From contig CALXSC010000110.1 of NCBI GenBank assembly GCA_944391025.1, positions 2,406-66,405 of the forward strand: a stretch of DNA of 64,000 nucleotides. Reading direction: 5' to 3'. This document shows, piece by piece, positions 24,271 through 33,979 of the stretch (the first letter of the stretch is position 1; each line of letters opens with the position of its first letter). The position numbers and the translations under genes were made by a program. The DNA is from an uncultured Rickettsiales bacterium. GTDB lineage: Bacteria > Pseudomonadota > Alphaproteobacteria > Rickettsiales > UBA1997. The notes under the pieces are model-generated. The model was not told where the DNA came from. It was given only the letters and a program-made list of their open reading frames with translations, and ran no database searches.

Positions 24271-24440
24271 AGTCTGATAAGACTGTAAAGGATGAAAATG
24301 GAATTGTGTTAAAATTTCCAAAAAGAATTTGTAAAAAATGTAGTAGATATCCCTGTGTTTTAGGTATGGATAAACTTCGCTCTAATTTTGCAGCTTATGG
24401 ATGTACCTATTTTCTATCTAAACGAAAGAAGAAAAAATAA
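24210..24440 (+). CDS. hypothetical Cys-rich small protein
   Basis: Track ORF 76 aa; CKKC...C...C. Confidence 0.45.
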   Translation: MADRRSNGYFWFSCMATITIKSDKTVKDENGIVLKFPKRICKKCSRYPCVLGMDKLRSNFAAYGCTYFLSKRKKKK

Positions 24441-24745
24441 TGGTTACATTAGCTAAATTAGTTGCGAGGGAAACTGATAGTATGGGATACACTACTTATG
24501 TTTTTGAGATTTTAGATGAAGAGATTCGTAAGATTACTAAATATATCATGTGTACTCAATTTTATAATTGGGATCATAGATTAGTAGAGCTTGATGAAAT
24601 TGGATATTTAAATTGTATAGAAATACAAGCGGGAGTTGATAAATGGTTTGATGGAAGTAAAATGATTCCGTATAATTATAATATGGTTCAGTTCATTAAG
24701 TTCGTTAGTAAACCTAAAAAAGAATCTCATGAGTTTATAATGTAG
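24440..24745 (+). CDS. hypothetical protein (ends in TAG)
   Basis: Track ORF 101 aa. Confidence 0.65.
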   Translation: MVTLAKLVARETDSMGYTTYVFEILDEEIRKITKYIMCTQFYNWDHRLVELDEIGYLNCIEIQAGVDKWFDGSKMIPYNYNMVQFIKFVSKPKKESHEFIM

Positions 24746-24781
24746 ATTAATTATTAAAATAAGTAAATATGAAGAATAAAT

Positions 24782-25708
24782 ATGACAATTTTAAGGGATA
24801 AACTTATCAAAGCTATTGAAGAAAAGAATAATGATGTTAACTCATTTGTATGGAAATTGGCTAAAAAGTCTGATGGAACTCAGGAAGAAATAAAACTTAT
24901 GGATGCCTCCCCTGAACAACTTCAGCAATTTTATGATCATTGCATGTCTATGTTGTACAGTAATGATAAAACTAATCCAGGTAGGTATGTTCTTCTTAAA
25001 ATTATAGAAGATCAACGAAAGAAATGTAATATAGAACTGTTTCTAAGAAAACTTGAATCTGGTTCTATTTGTGCAGATAAACAACCTTATCCGAGACATT
25101 TGTATATTCAAGACATTAGAATGTATATGAATGCTCACAAAGAAGATTTTCCTTCAAGTGAACTTAAGAATATTTCTATTTCTGCTTGTACTGGAGGACT
25201 TCCTAGAGAATTTGATCGATTGTCTATTGATGATGTATTAAATGGGGGATTGGATTTATTAGGACAACTTGATACCAAACATATTACTTTCAGTTTTATT
25301 CTTAATATGGGAATTTATCTTACCCCTTCTGAAATGAAAGACCTTGATGAGAAGGATAAAGATGGAAATCCTAGAAGTAAAATGGAAGTAGTTAAAGAAA
25401 GACTGGGATTAAAGCCTAGTGTTAGATTAATTGTAAAGCCTTCTGGACTTAATTTCAGTGAGCTTAGAGCTATGATTAATCTTAAATCTAAAAGATATGC
25501 AGATTCCGGAACTACTATTAGCCTTAAAAGTAAGAAGTATTCGGAATTAACTACTGATCAATTAACAGTACTTAGAAATAAAGTACTATTTAGGTTAGAA
25601 AATGAAGTTATGTTTCATATAGAACAGTGGGAAGAAAGAATTAAGCAAATAGAAAAGGTTTGTGAAGCTAGGGGCATCCAACTAAATAAAGAAGACAATT
25701 CAAATTAA
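24782..25708 (+). CDS. hypothetical protein
   Basis: Track ORF 308 aa. Confidence 0.75.
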   Translation: MTILRDKLIKAIEEKNNDVNSFVWKLAKKSDGTQEEIKLMDASPEQLQQFYDHCMSMLYSNDKTNPGRYVLLKIIEDQRKKCNIELFLRKLESGSICADKQPYPRHLYIQDIRMYMNAHKEDFPSSELKNISISACTGGLPREFDRLSIDDVLNGGLDLLGQLDTKHITFSFILNMGIYLTPSEMKDLDEKDKDGNPRSKMEVVKERLGLKPSVRLIVKPSGLNFSELRAMINLKSKRYADSGTTISLKSKKYSELTTDQLTVLRNKVLFRLENEVMFHIEQWEERIKQIEKVCEARGIQLNKEDNSN

Positions 25709-25737
25709 AAAATCATTTGATTTTTTGATTACACTAT

Positions 25738-26031
25738 ATGACAAGAGACGAAAGACAGAAGATATGTTTAGAAAAGTGGATAAAAAGTAAATGTAAAGGA
25801 ACTTTAGTTCAGCCTACGGGAACTGGTAAAACCCGAGCGGCTCTTAAATGTTTAAAAGCAGTATTTGATCGTTATCCACATTTCACAGCTCTAATTGTTG
25901 TACCTACTGATAACCTAAGAGATCAGTGGAGACAGCAATTAGATACTTGGGGAATGGAATTTAATACGGATGTTCAAGTAATTAATACTGTAGTTAAGAG
26001 AAAGTGGAAAACTACGATTTTAGTACTCGAT
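25738..26031 (+). CDS. SF2 (ResIII/SNF2-like) DNA helicase, exon 1
   Basis: Walker A QPTGTGKT; ends ..ILVLD just before the E-C-H of motif II. Confidence 0.8.
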
Positions 26032-26384
26032 GAATAACCTTGTTGAGTATAAATTCGTCTAACTGCTGGGAACCCCTTAGAGTCTTATATACTATCTAAT
26101 TAATTTTATATTTATTTAAATAGAGATAGTGAAAATTATAAGAATTGGGCAATCAGCAACTAAGACTTTAATAATACTATTAAAGTAAAGCTCATCGACT
26201 ATCCTTTTAATGGAGTACAAATAAAATTCATATCTATGTTTTATTTGGAAATGGCGAAAATTTATAATATATTTGTTTTAAATTTAAAAATAAATACAAT
26301 TAATACTCATACTATAATTATATTATAATTATATTATAAATTAAGATATAGTCAGACTTTATATGAAAATATAAAAAGTATTCG
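26032..26384 (+). mobile_element. group I intron, ORF-less (boundary +/-3 nt because GAA is present at both junctions)
   Basis: Exon 1 ends in U (GAT|), intron ends in G (ATTCG|). Joining gives VLD-ECH-KYN..LGLTATFER (motifs II and III) in one frame. AGATATAGTCAG (26344-26355) is P7'-like. Confidence 0.65.
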
Positions 26385-27344
26385 GAATGCCACAAATATA
26401 ATAGTGATACCTTCCAGAAAGTATTTGAAACCGTTCAATATAATTATGTACTCGGTTTAACCGCTACTTTTGAAAGGTTAGATGGAAAACATGTTATAAT
26501 GAATAAGTATTGTCCAGTTATTGACGAAATTACTCAGTTTGAAGCTTTATCAAATGGATGGATTTCTCAATTTAAAGAATATCAAGTATTGATAGATGTT
26601 CCTGATATTCATATTTATAAAGAATATAATAGGGATTTTATTAAATACTTTGAGTTCTTTAATTTTGATTGGAATTTAGCTATGTTATGTATTGGTAAAA
26701 ACGGATTTATTAACAGAGCTAAACTAAGAGATACTTTATGTCCTCATGGATCTGAAACAGAGCGAAAGAATATCTTTCAACAGATTACTGTTAATGCTAT
26801 TAACTTTACCAAAATTGTACAAAAACGAAAATCTTTTATTAATAATCATCCTAAGAAATTAGAATTAACTAGAAAGATAATTCAAGCTAGACCTAATTCT
26901 AAAATACTGACATTTTCTAATAATATTAAAATGGCAGAAGCTATTGGTATAGGAGATGTATATACTGGTAAAGACTCTAAGAAAAAAGCTAGAATTACTT
27001 TAGAGGAATTTAATCAAGCTAAAACTGGAGTATTGAATTCTTTAAAGAAATTAATTACTAGTGCAGATATTCAAGGTTTATCAGTAGCAATTATGTTAGG
27101 AATTGATTCTTCTAATATTAGAGCTGTACAGTCTAGAGGAAGAGTAATCCGTTTTGAGGAAGGAAAACAAGCAGAAATATTTAATCTAATTATAGATCAG
27201 ACTGTTGAAACTAAGTGGTTTTCTAATTCTCATCAGGATGGTAATTATATTACTATCGATGAACAAGGACTTAATGATGTATTAAATTATAAAGATCCCC
27301 AACCTTATCATAAAAAGATCAAAGATTATACTTTTCGGTATTAA
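26385..27344 (+). CDS. SF2 DNA helicase, exon 2
   Basis: Frame open from 26367; ECHK, LGLTAT, then helicase-C motifs (ILTFSNN, QSRGRVIR); contains track ORF 26499-27344. Confidence 0.8.
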   Translation, partial: ECHKYNSDTFQKVFETVQYNYVLGLTATFERLDGKHVIMNKYCPVIDEITQFEALSNGWISQFKEYQVLIDVPDIHIYKEYNRDFIKYFEFFNFDWNLAMLCIGKNGFINRAKLRDTLCPHGSETERKNIFQQITVNAINFTKIVQKRKSFINNHPKKLELTRKIIQARPNSKILTFSNNIKMAEAIGIGDVYTGKDSKKKARITLEEFNQAKTGVLNSLKKLITSADIQGLSVAIMLGIDSSNIRAVQSRGRVIRFEEGKQAEIFNLIIDQTVETKWFSNSHQDGNYITIDEQGLNDVLNYKDPQPYHKKIKDYTFRY

Positions 27345-27347
27345 ATT

Positions 27348-27512
27348 ATGACTGAAAAAGAAATGTTAGAATGGTTAGTTATTGATAAAATAACTAATCT
27401 TATTTATTCTTCTGAATGTAAAGAAGATGTCAAGAAGTTATATGATTTAAATAGATTACAAAATAGATTTACAGAATTATTTAGTAAATTTATGCAAGAG
27501 TATCGTATGTAA
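27348..27512 (+). CDS. small hypothetical protein (54 aa)
   Basis: ATG 3 nt after helicase stop; open hydrophilic frame. Confidence 0.4.
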   Translation: MTEKEMLEWLVIDKITNLIYSSECKEDVKKLYDLNRLQNRFTELFSKFMQEYRM

Positions 27513-27586
27513 TTGATAACACTCGAAAGAGGATTAAAATTTTACAGTTTATAGATATAAGTTATTAACTATAAACTATAAACTGA

Positions 27587-28204
27587 TTGAAAAGTTTAAC
27601 TTTAAACCTAGAAGAAGAGGTAGCCCTCTTAAGTAAATATAGGTTAACTCCTAACGAACTTATGTTTATAAGAACTCTACTGTTATTACAAGATGATGAA
27701 AATGAGGATATATTTAAATCTTATATAGAAAGTTTACATAATTGCGGAGTTAACCTTAGAGAATGTCTTTTATCTCTTCAAGATAAAGGAATCATTTTAA
27801 AATCTTATAAGATAGTAAATGCGGGTGATCCTTTTAATCCTTATGAAGTTCCGTTTAATAAGGCATTTATAAAAACTCTTTATAAAAGTTCATTTGAACT
27901 TGGTAAAGAGTTATTTGAGAATTATCCTCAAACTACATTTATAAATGGAAATATAGTAACATTAAGAGGAGTATCTAAGCATTTTAATTCTTTAGAAGAT
28001 TGTTATATAAAATATGGAAAATCTATAGGATGGAATCCAGATAAACATAATCATATAATAGAATTAGTAAAATGGGGGAAAGAGAATAGTACAATTAATC
28101 AGTCTCTCAGTTCTTTTGTAATAAATCATGCCTGGTTAGATTTAGAAGCCTTAAGAAATGGAGATTCTAATAATATTAACTTCAATACTGTTAGAATGTT
28201 ATGA
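27587..28204 (+). CDS. hypothetical protein upstream of the helicase (possible helicase loader or replisome organiser)
   Basis: Track ORF 205 aa (TTG start); stop overlaps the DnaB-like gene; function is positional inference only. Confidence 0.6.
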   Translation: MKSLTLNLEEEVALLSKYRLTPNELMFIRTLLLLQDDENEDIFKSYIESLHNCGVNLRECLLSLQDKGIILKSYKIVNAGDPFNPYEVPFNKAFIKTLYKSSFELGKELFENYPQTTFINGNIVTLRGVSKHFNSLEDCYIKYGKSIGWNPDKHNHIIELVKWGKENSTINQSLSSFVINHAWLDLEALRNGDSNNINFNTVRML

Positions 28205-29286
28205 TTTCTTCCGAATTATTAGCTGAAGTTGATAGAGGAAGACTTGGTTTAAATCATGGATTTTCTATGGGTCTTCCAAAACTAGAAAGTATTATAGATG
28301 GAATTTCCAGAGAGACTTATACTCTGATAATCAGTAATTCAGGAAGTGGAAAAACTTCATTTGCATTATATTCTTATGTTTTTCGTCCTTTAATGGATCA
28401 TTTAGACGATGATGACTTTAAAGTTTTATATTTTAGTCTAGAAATGAATAAAATTTCATTATTTGTTAAATTGTTATCTATATATATATTTGAAACTTAT
28501 GGTAAAGAAATTTCTTTTAAGAAAATATTATCGAGAGAGAAGAACTATATATTAGATGATGAAACTTATCAAATAATCCAAGAATGTTTGCCCTGGTTAG
28601 ATAAAGTTGAAAGTAAGCTTGAAATATATGATAAACAGATAAATGCTAAAACTGTTTATGCTATTTTAAAGCAACGTTTAGAAACTATGGGTGAATTTAC
28701 TGAAACTGATACTAGATTAATTTATACTCCTAATAATCCTAATTTAGTTTATAATGTTATTATAGATCATATTGGATTAATTAGACCTACTCAGGGATCT
28801 CTAAAACAAGAAATGGATCTATTATCTAGTTATTTAGTTACTTTAAGGGAAAAATGTGGTATAAGTCCTGTAATTATTCAGCAAGCAAACAGAGATCAAG
28901 GTAATATTGAGAGATTTAAGCAAAATAAATCGGCCTTTACTATTAATGATAGTAAGGACTCTGGGAATATGGTTCAGGATTGTAATATAATGCTAGCAAT
29001 TTATAATCCATTTAGAGATTCATTAAAAACTTATAAGAAATATGATGTTTCTGCATTAGAAAGTACCTTTAGATCTGTTATGGTATTAAAAAATAGATTT
29101 GGAGACTGTGATGTAGAAATAGGAACTGCATTCTATGGATGGATAAATTATTTTGCAGAGTTACCTCGTCCTGATGAAATATATGATTATAGTAAATTTG
29201 AGAATCCTAGATGGATATTAGATAAAAACTCAGACAATATAGAAATAGATGAACCTAAACATGAAAATTTTAACTTTATATTGTGA
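28201..29286 (+). CDS. DnaB-like replicative helicase (RecA-fold domain)
   Basis: Walker A SNSGSGKTSF, Walker B IIDHIGLI, QQANR. Confidence 0.8.
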   Translation: MISSELLAEVDRGRLGLNHGFSMGLPKLESIIDGISRETYTLIISNSGSGKTSFALYSYVFRPLMDHLDDDDFKVLYFSLEMNKISLFVKLLSIYIFETYGKEISFKKILSREKNYILDDETYQIIQECLPWLDKVESKLEIYDKQINAKTVYAILKQRLETMGEFTETDTRLIYTPNNPNLVYNVIIDHIGLIRPTQGSLKQEMDLLSSYLVTLREKCGISPVIIQQANRDQGNIERFKQNKSAFTINDSKDSGNMVQDCNIMLAIYNPFRDSLKTYKKYDVSALESTFRSVMVLKNRFGDCDVEIGTAFYGWINYFAELPRPDEIYDYSKFENPRWILDKNSDNIEIDEPKHENFNFIL

Positions 29287-29289
29287 TTT

Positions 29290-29988
29290 ATGAGTAATCT
29301 TATAGGTTTATGTGGTTTAAGTAATAGTGGTAAGAGCACCTCTTTAAAATATCTCGATCCAGCAAGCACTTTTATTATTAGTTGCACAAATAAACAACTT
29401 CAAATTCCAGGATTTAGAAAAAAATATCAAAAAATCAAAATAGATAATAATAAATTAGTAGGAAACTGGATGGTTAGTAATAATTATCAGGACATTCAAA
29501 AGATAATGAAAGTTGTATCAGCTACTAGACCTGAAATAAAAGTATTGGTTATTGATGATGCTAACTATTTATTAAGTAATGCTACTTTTCGTGACGCTTT
29601 AGTCAAAGGGTATGAAAAATTCACGATCCAAGCTAAGGATTATTATGATTTGATTGAAGGAGCTTTAAATCTTAGAGATGATCTTACAGTAATATTTATA
29701 TCTCACATTGAAAACTGTGGGTCTGATATAGATCCTAGTTGGAGACTCTACACGACTGGTAAAATGCTAACTAATGCCATTAATCTTGATGGATTATTTA
29801 GTTATTTGCTATATGCTGAACGTTATATTCCTGATGGAGATGATAATGTACATTATAGAATCAAAACTCGTACTGATGGAAATGATACCTGTAGAAGTGT
29901 AGCAGGATGTTTTCCTGAAAAATATGTAGAGCCTAATATGAAGATGATAGTAGAAACTATTAATGCATTTGAGAAATCTGATGAGTAA
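29290..29988 (+). CDS. Sak4-like / AAA_24-type RecA-fold ATPase
   Basis: Walker A GLSNSGKSTS, Walker B VLVIDDANY. Confidence 0.65.
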   Translation: MSNLIGLCGLSNSGKSTSLKYLDPASTFIISCTNKQLQIPGFRKKYQKIKIDNNKLVGNWMVSNNYQDIQKIMKVVSATRPEIKVLVIDDANYLLSNATFRDALVKGYEKFTIQAKDYYDLIEGALNLRDDLTVIFISHIENCGSDIDPSWRLYTTGKMLTNAINLDGLFSYLLYAERYIPDGDDNVHYRIKTRTDGNDTCRSVAGCFPEKYVEPNMKMIVETINAFEKSDE

Positions 29989-30547
29989 TATACAAACTGA
30001 TGTATTTACTATTAGTCTCACTTATGAGATGAAAGTAAATACTGATACTGGGGAAATATTAAGTACTACACTTATTAAAAGAAGTGTAGATACTCCTAAA
30101 ACTAATAAAAACATGTTAGTTCAGGATGAAGAACCTGAACCTAAATTATATTTGGAAGAAAATAAGTATAGATTAAATAATGCCGCAATTCAACTCATGG
30201 GATTGAAAAGTGATTCTAAAATACTTATAAAGTATGAAGAAAATGATGGTACTGTAACTCCAGTTATAGGTACGAATCTTGCTTTTCATGTTAGTGGAGG
30301 AAATAGGCTTACTAAATCAAATACAGTAGGCTGTAGAGGTAATAATCACGATGAGTTAGCCAGTTATGGTACTACTTTTAAGATTGAACCTCATCCTAAT
30401 AGAGAAGGATTGTTTGTATTAATTTCAGATACACCTAAGCAAGAATTAAACGGAGATGAAAACATTAAAGTAGAAGAGATGAATTTTGAAGACTTGGTAG
30501 ATAATAGTAATATTACTGAAATTGATTCAACATTTTTTAAATTATAA
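29981..30547 (+). CDS. hypothetical protein
   Basis: Track ORF 29963-30547; first ATG at 29981 overlaps the upstream stop. Confidence 0.65.
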   Translation: MSNIQTDVFTISLTYEMKVNTDTGEILSTTLIKRSVDTPKTNKNMLVQDEEPEPKLYLEENKYRLNNAAIQLMGLKSDSKILIKYEENDGTVTPVIGTNLAFHVSGGNRLTKSNTVGCRGNNHDELASYGTTFKIEPHPNREGLFVLISDTPKQELNGDENIKVEEMNFEDLVDNSNITEIDSTFFKL

Positions 30548-30552
30548 TCTAT

Positions 30553-31260
30553 ATGGCATTTAATTTTGGAACTTTAGCAACGACTCAGGCAACTTCTAGT
30601 ATTCAAAGACGTCTTTCTCCGTGGGGTATTTATAATGTAAAATTCGCAGGAGCTAAAAAAGAAACTGTTCAAGGTAAAAAAGATGCTAATGCAACATATG
30701 ATATTTTGAAAGTTAGATTTGAAGGAGAAGATGGTTATTATGAGGAATCTATATTTTATCCGAAAGAAGGAGATGATAAGAGACCTACATATACTAGCAA
30801 AGACGGACATGAATATGAAGGAGCTTCTTCTTTTGAAAGAACAATGACTTTTATTGCCCAAGTTGCTAGAGTACTTAATCCTAAAGGATTTGAAAAGATG
30901 CAAGAAGCTAGCACTAAATTTAAGTCATTTGATGACGTTGTAAAAGCTTTTATTGCAATCACTGATCCAGTAAAAGGTAAAGAAACTCACCTTAAATTAG
31001 TCGGAAGAACACAGAATGGGAGTGTCGTAGCTGCTCTTCCTAAGTTTGTAGCTGTAAATAAGAATGGCGAATTGTTTACTAGTGATAATTTCATTGGTGA
31101 TAATTTGTTCTTTACAGCATATGAAGAATCTAGAAAGAAGGCTGCTGAAAGTGCTAAGCCTACTGATATGGATTCGTTAAACAATACTTTTGAAGAAATG
31201 AATCAACCTTCGGAAGATAAGATTGATTTTGATAGCTGGGACGATCTCGGTAAGCTTTAA
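30553..31260 (+). CDS. putative single-stranded DNA-binding protein
   Basis: Position among replication genes; acidic C-terminal tail DKIDFDSWDDLGKL; own strong terminator; three spurious antisense ORFs indicate strong codon bias. Confidence 0.5.
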   Translation: MAFNFGTLATTQATSSIQRRLSPWGIYNVKFAGAKKETVQGKKDANATYDILKVRFEGEDGYYEESIFYPKEGDDKRPTYTSKDGHEYEGASSFERTMTFIAQVARVLNPKGFEKMQEASTKFKSFDDVVKAFIAITDPVKGKETHLKLVGRTQNGSVVAALPKFVAVNKNGELFTSDNFIGDNLFFTAYEESRKKAAESAKPTDMDSLNNTFEEMNQPSEDKIDFDSWDDLGKL

Positions 31261-31269
31261 TTATATATT

Positions 31270-31304
31270 GGGGTTGCTAGAAATAGCAACTCCATTTTGT
31301 TTTT
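31270..31304 (+). terminator. intrinsic terminator
   Basis: 10-bp stem GGGGTTGCTA/TAGCAACTCC, GAAA loop, then ATTTTGTTTTT. Confidence 0.75.
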
Positions 31305-31353
31305 AAATGAAAGTTTAATAAATTTATATTCTTTGTTAAGATTGTATAGGTAT

Positions 31354-32379
31354 ATGGACTTTTCATTTAAAACTGAGGTTACTAAAGAATTAATTTTATC
31401 TAAATATTCAGAGGAACAAATAATGGAGTTCTATCTACATGTACCTGTTAAAAAAGGACTCTTCAGATCTTCATTAAGAAAGGATCATAAGCCCACATGT
31501 TCATTTTATAGAAATAAGTCTGGTTACTTAATATTTAAAGACTTTGCAACAGGACAACATTTAAATGTATTCAATGTAGTACAGGAACTCTTCAATTGTG
31601 ACTATTATACAGCATTAAAAATTATTGCTAATGATTTTGGAATTGTAAAGGATAATACAATTTATAAGAATAAAGGTAAAATTAATAAATCTCCTATAAA
31701 ATTTCAGGAGAAAGAGCTTTCCAAGATTCAAGTAGAGATTCAAGATTTTACAGATTTAGAATTAAAATGGTGGAGTAATTACGGAATTGCTCCAGAAATA
31801 CTTAAGAAGTTTAATGTTTATTCGTGTAAACATGTATTTTTAAATGGACAATTAGTCGCTAAATCTCAACAACATTGTCCGATATTCGGATATTATGGTG
31901 GGAAAATTAAACAGAATGGCGAAAGTGTAGAATTATGGAGATGTTATTTTCCTAAACGTTCCGAATATAAATGGTTGACAAATTGGCCTTCTAAAAAGAT
32001 CCAAGGGTATGAACAGCTTCCTAAAACAGGAGAATTACTAGTAATCACTAAAAGTATGAAAGATTCTATGTGTTTATATTCTCTTGGAATAGCAAGTTGT
32101 AGTCCTAATTCAGAAACTCAATTTATTTCTACTTCAGTTTTAGATGATTTAAAGAAACGATTTAAACATATTGTAGTTTTATATGATTTGGATGAAACTG
32201 GAATTAAGTTCTCTAAAAAAATTAAGAAAGAATATCCTGAATTGATAGTTACTTTACTTCCTAGAACAGATCGATGTAAAGATATTAGTGATTATTATAA
32301 AACGTATGGTAGAAAAAGAACGTTACAAATGATTCAATGTAAAATAGATTTGTTTAAAGGTTCTATAAAGTTAAAATAA
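31354..32379 (+). CDS. putative DNA primase (Toprim-like)
   Basis: Track ORF (first ATG 31354); VVLYDLDETG DxD-type motif; position between the SSB-like gene and the origin-like repeats. Confidence 0.45.
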   Translation: MDFSFKTEVTKELILSKYSEEQIMEFYLHVPVKKGLFRSSLRKDHKPTCSFYRNKSGYLIFKDFATGQHLNVFNVVQELFNCDYYTALKIIANDFGIVKDNTIYKNKGKINKSPIKFQEKELSKIQVEIQDFTDLELKWWSNYGIAPEILKKFNVYSCKHVFLNGQLVAKSQQHCPIFGYYGGKIKQNGESVELWRCYFPKRSEYKWLTNWPSKKIQGYEQLPKTGELLVITKSMKDSMCLYSLGIASCSPNSETQFISTSVLDDLKKRFKHIVVLYDLDETGIKFSKKIKKEYPELIVTLLPRTDRCKDISDYYKTYGRKRTLQMIQCKIDLFKGSIKLK

Positions 32380-32413
32380 TATTAATCTCTAAAAAAAATA
32401 TTTTCGCGCTGCG

Positions 32414-32524
32414 TTTAAGTATAGTTACGATTAAGTATATATTAAGTATAGTTAGTTGAAAATCTGGTCGCACTTTATGAAAATTCGGTCGCAGATACAA
32501 AAATTTTAGTCGCACTTTGCGACT
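32414..32524. repeat. iteron cluster: 3x TTAAGTATA, 3x AAAAT-N2-3-(G/A)GTCGCA, and palindrome AGTCGCACTTTGCGACT
   Basis: TTAAGTATA at 32414, 32431, 32443; GGTCGCA at 32466 and 32487, AGTCGCA at 32509; palindrome 32508-32524. Confidence 0.55.
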
Positions 32525-32578
32525 GATTTTACATAATAAAATTTTTCAGTAAATTATTTGGAGTTACAGAAAATTATA

Positions 32579-32588
32579 TATATTTGTA
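32579..32588 (+). promoter_or_regulatory. TATATTTGTA -7 box
   Basis: Exact 10-mer shared with 10045, 18781, 39726, 44152; 22 nt upstream of ATG 32611. Confidence 0.45.
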
Positions 32589-32610
32589 TATTAACTTAAA
32601 TATATGAATT

Positions 32611-33219
32611 ATGGATAATGAAGATAATAAATGTTATCCTTCATTACAGACTATCGCAGAAGAATCTGGAATTAGTGTACCAACGATTAGAGCTAGTATT
32701 AAAAGATTAGAAAAAGAACAATATATTACTACAGAAAAGATAGGTAGAAAAATTTATTATTTCTTTAATCCTTATAAAACTTTCGAGCCATTTTCAGATG
32801 AATTCTTAAAGAGGAAAGATTTAAGTCCATTAACAAAATCCTATTTAGTAGCAATTCAACAATATATGTATAAAGATATAGAAGGATTAGGTAAAATTTC
32901 TATGAGTAATTATGAAATAGCAAAAAAGATAAAGACTTCAGAACATACAGTCAGAAAATGTAATAAAGAGTTAGAAAGAAAAAATTATTTAACTGTTGTT
33001 ACAAATGAATCACGAGATTTAGAAACTGGCTGTAAAACTAATACAAAAATTTATAATTTATTTAAATTAGGACAAGCTATCATATGGACTTTAAACGATC
33101 ACGAAGATAGACTAGAATATTTAGAAAAATCTAATCAAGAAAAGGATAAATTAATTGAAAAATTAACAGAAAGAGTTTCTAAATTAGAACAAAAAGAACC
33201 TAACGAATTTATAATGTAA
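32611..33219 (+). CDS. tandem winged-helix/HTH protein, candidate replication initiator or regulator
   Basis: CYPSLQTIAEESGISVPTIRASIKRLEKEQYI and MSNYEIAKKIKTSEHTVRKCNKELERKNYL; C-terminal coiled coil; adjacent to iterons. Confidence 0.55.
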   Translation: MDNEDNKCYPSLQTIAEESGISVPTIRASIKRLEKEQYITTEKIGRKIYYFFNPYKTFEPFSDEFLKRKDLSPLTKSYLVAIQQYMYKDIEGLGKISMSNYEIAKKIKTSEHTVRKCNKELERKNYLTVVTNESRDLETGCKTNTKIYNLFKLGQAIIWTLNDHEDRLEYLEKSNQEKDKLIEKLTERVSKLEQKEPNEFIM

Positions 33220-33231
33220 TTAAATTTTAAT

Positions 33232-33774
33232 ATGAAATAGAATTTAAATACTTCAGTTGAAATTACTTTTAAAAATGGAGAAGTTAAGCAATTTTCTACT
33301 ATAGAAGAAGCAAGTGAAGTCACTGGATTAAGTGCAGCTTCTATTAAGCTTAGATGTAATAAGTTTAGACAAGGAAGTGCTAATAAAAAAGATAAAATTC
33401 ATTGTAAATGGATTGATGATCATACATTTAGACACTTTTCTGCTAAACGTAGTAAACATAAAGGTAGTAATTTCGAATTAACTATCATTAAAGAATTAAC
33501 AGATCTAGGATTTACAGGTTTAAAGACTTCTAGAAGCGAAAGTAAGAACCTAGATAACAATAAAGTAGATATATTTGATTCAGAGAACTGTATGGATTGT
33601 TATATTCAAGCTAAACATACTGCTAATACTCCTAGTATATCTAAACTTAATAAAGAAGTAGGTTTAAAAGACAAACCACTCGCTATTTTTTGGAAAGTTG
33701 CTAATACTCAAAACGAGGAATATGTAATTATTCCTAAAAACTATTTTTATAAACTAATTACTAAAAATGAATAA
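33232..33774 (+). CDS. NUMOD1-like HTH fused to Hjc/PD-(D/E)XK-like nuclease (TAG at codon 3)
   Basis: ATG 33232, TAG 33238, in frame with track ORF 33592-33774; FSTIEEASEVTGLSAASIKLRCNK; GSNFE...VDIFD...YIQAKH. Confidence 0.5.
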
Positions 33775-33979
33775 ATATATTATTCCTGTATGTAATATAG
33801 ATAACAATGATATATGGATTGAAGTTATCTATGCGACATCTATAGAAGACTGTCAAGATAAGTTTATGGAAAGGTATTCCGATTATGCAAGTAGTACTGA
33901 TTGGGAAGAATTTCTAACTGATTTATTCGCAGACAGTGATACAATTGTAGGAACAATAAAAGATATAGAAGAATTATGA
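33767..33979 (+). CDS. hypothetical acidic protein
   Basis: Track ORF 70 aa. Confidence 0.6.
   Translation: MNKYIIPVCNIDNNDIWIEVIYATSIEDCQDKFMERYSDYASSTDWEEFLTDLFADSDTIVGTIKDIEEL

Noticed and set aside
32400-32530. CRISPR array. Other short tandem repeats were considered at 26310-26340 and 27555-27575.
   Set aside because: The repeats are 7-11 nt, there are only 2-3 copies, and there is no regular repeat-spacer architecture. No cas genes are present. They are better explained as iterons or AT-rich slippage.
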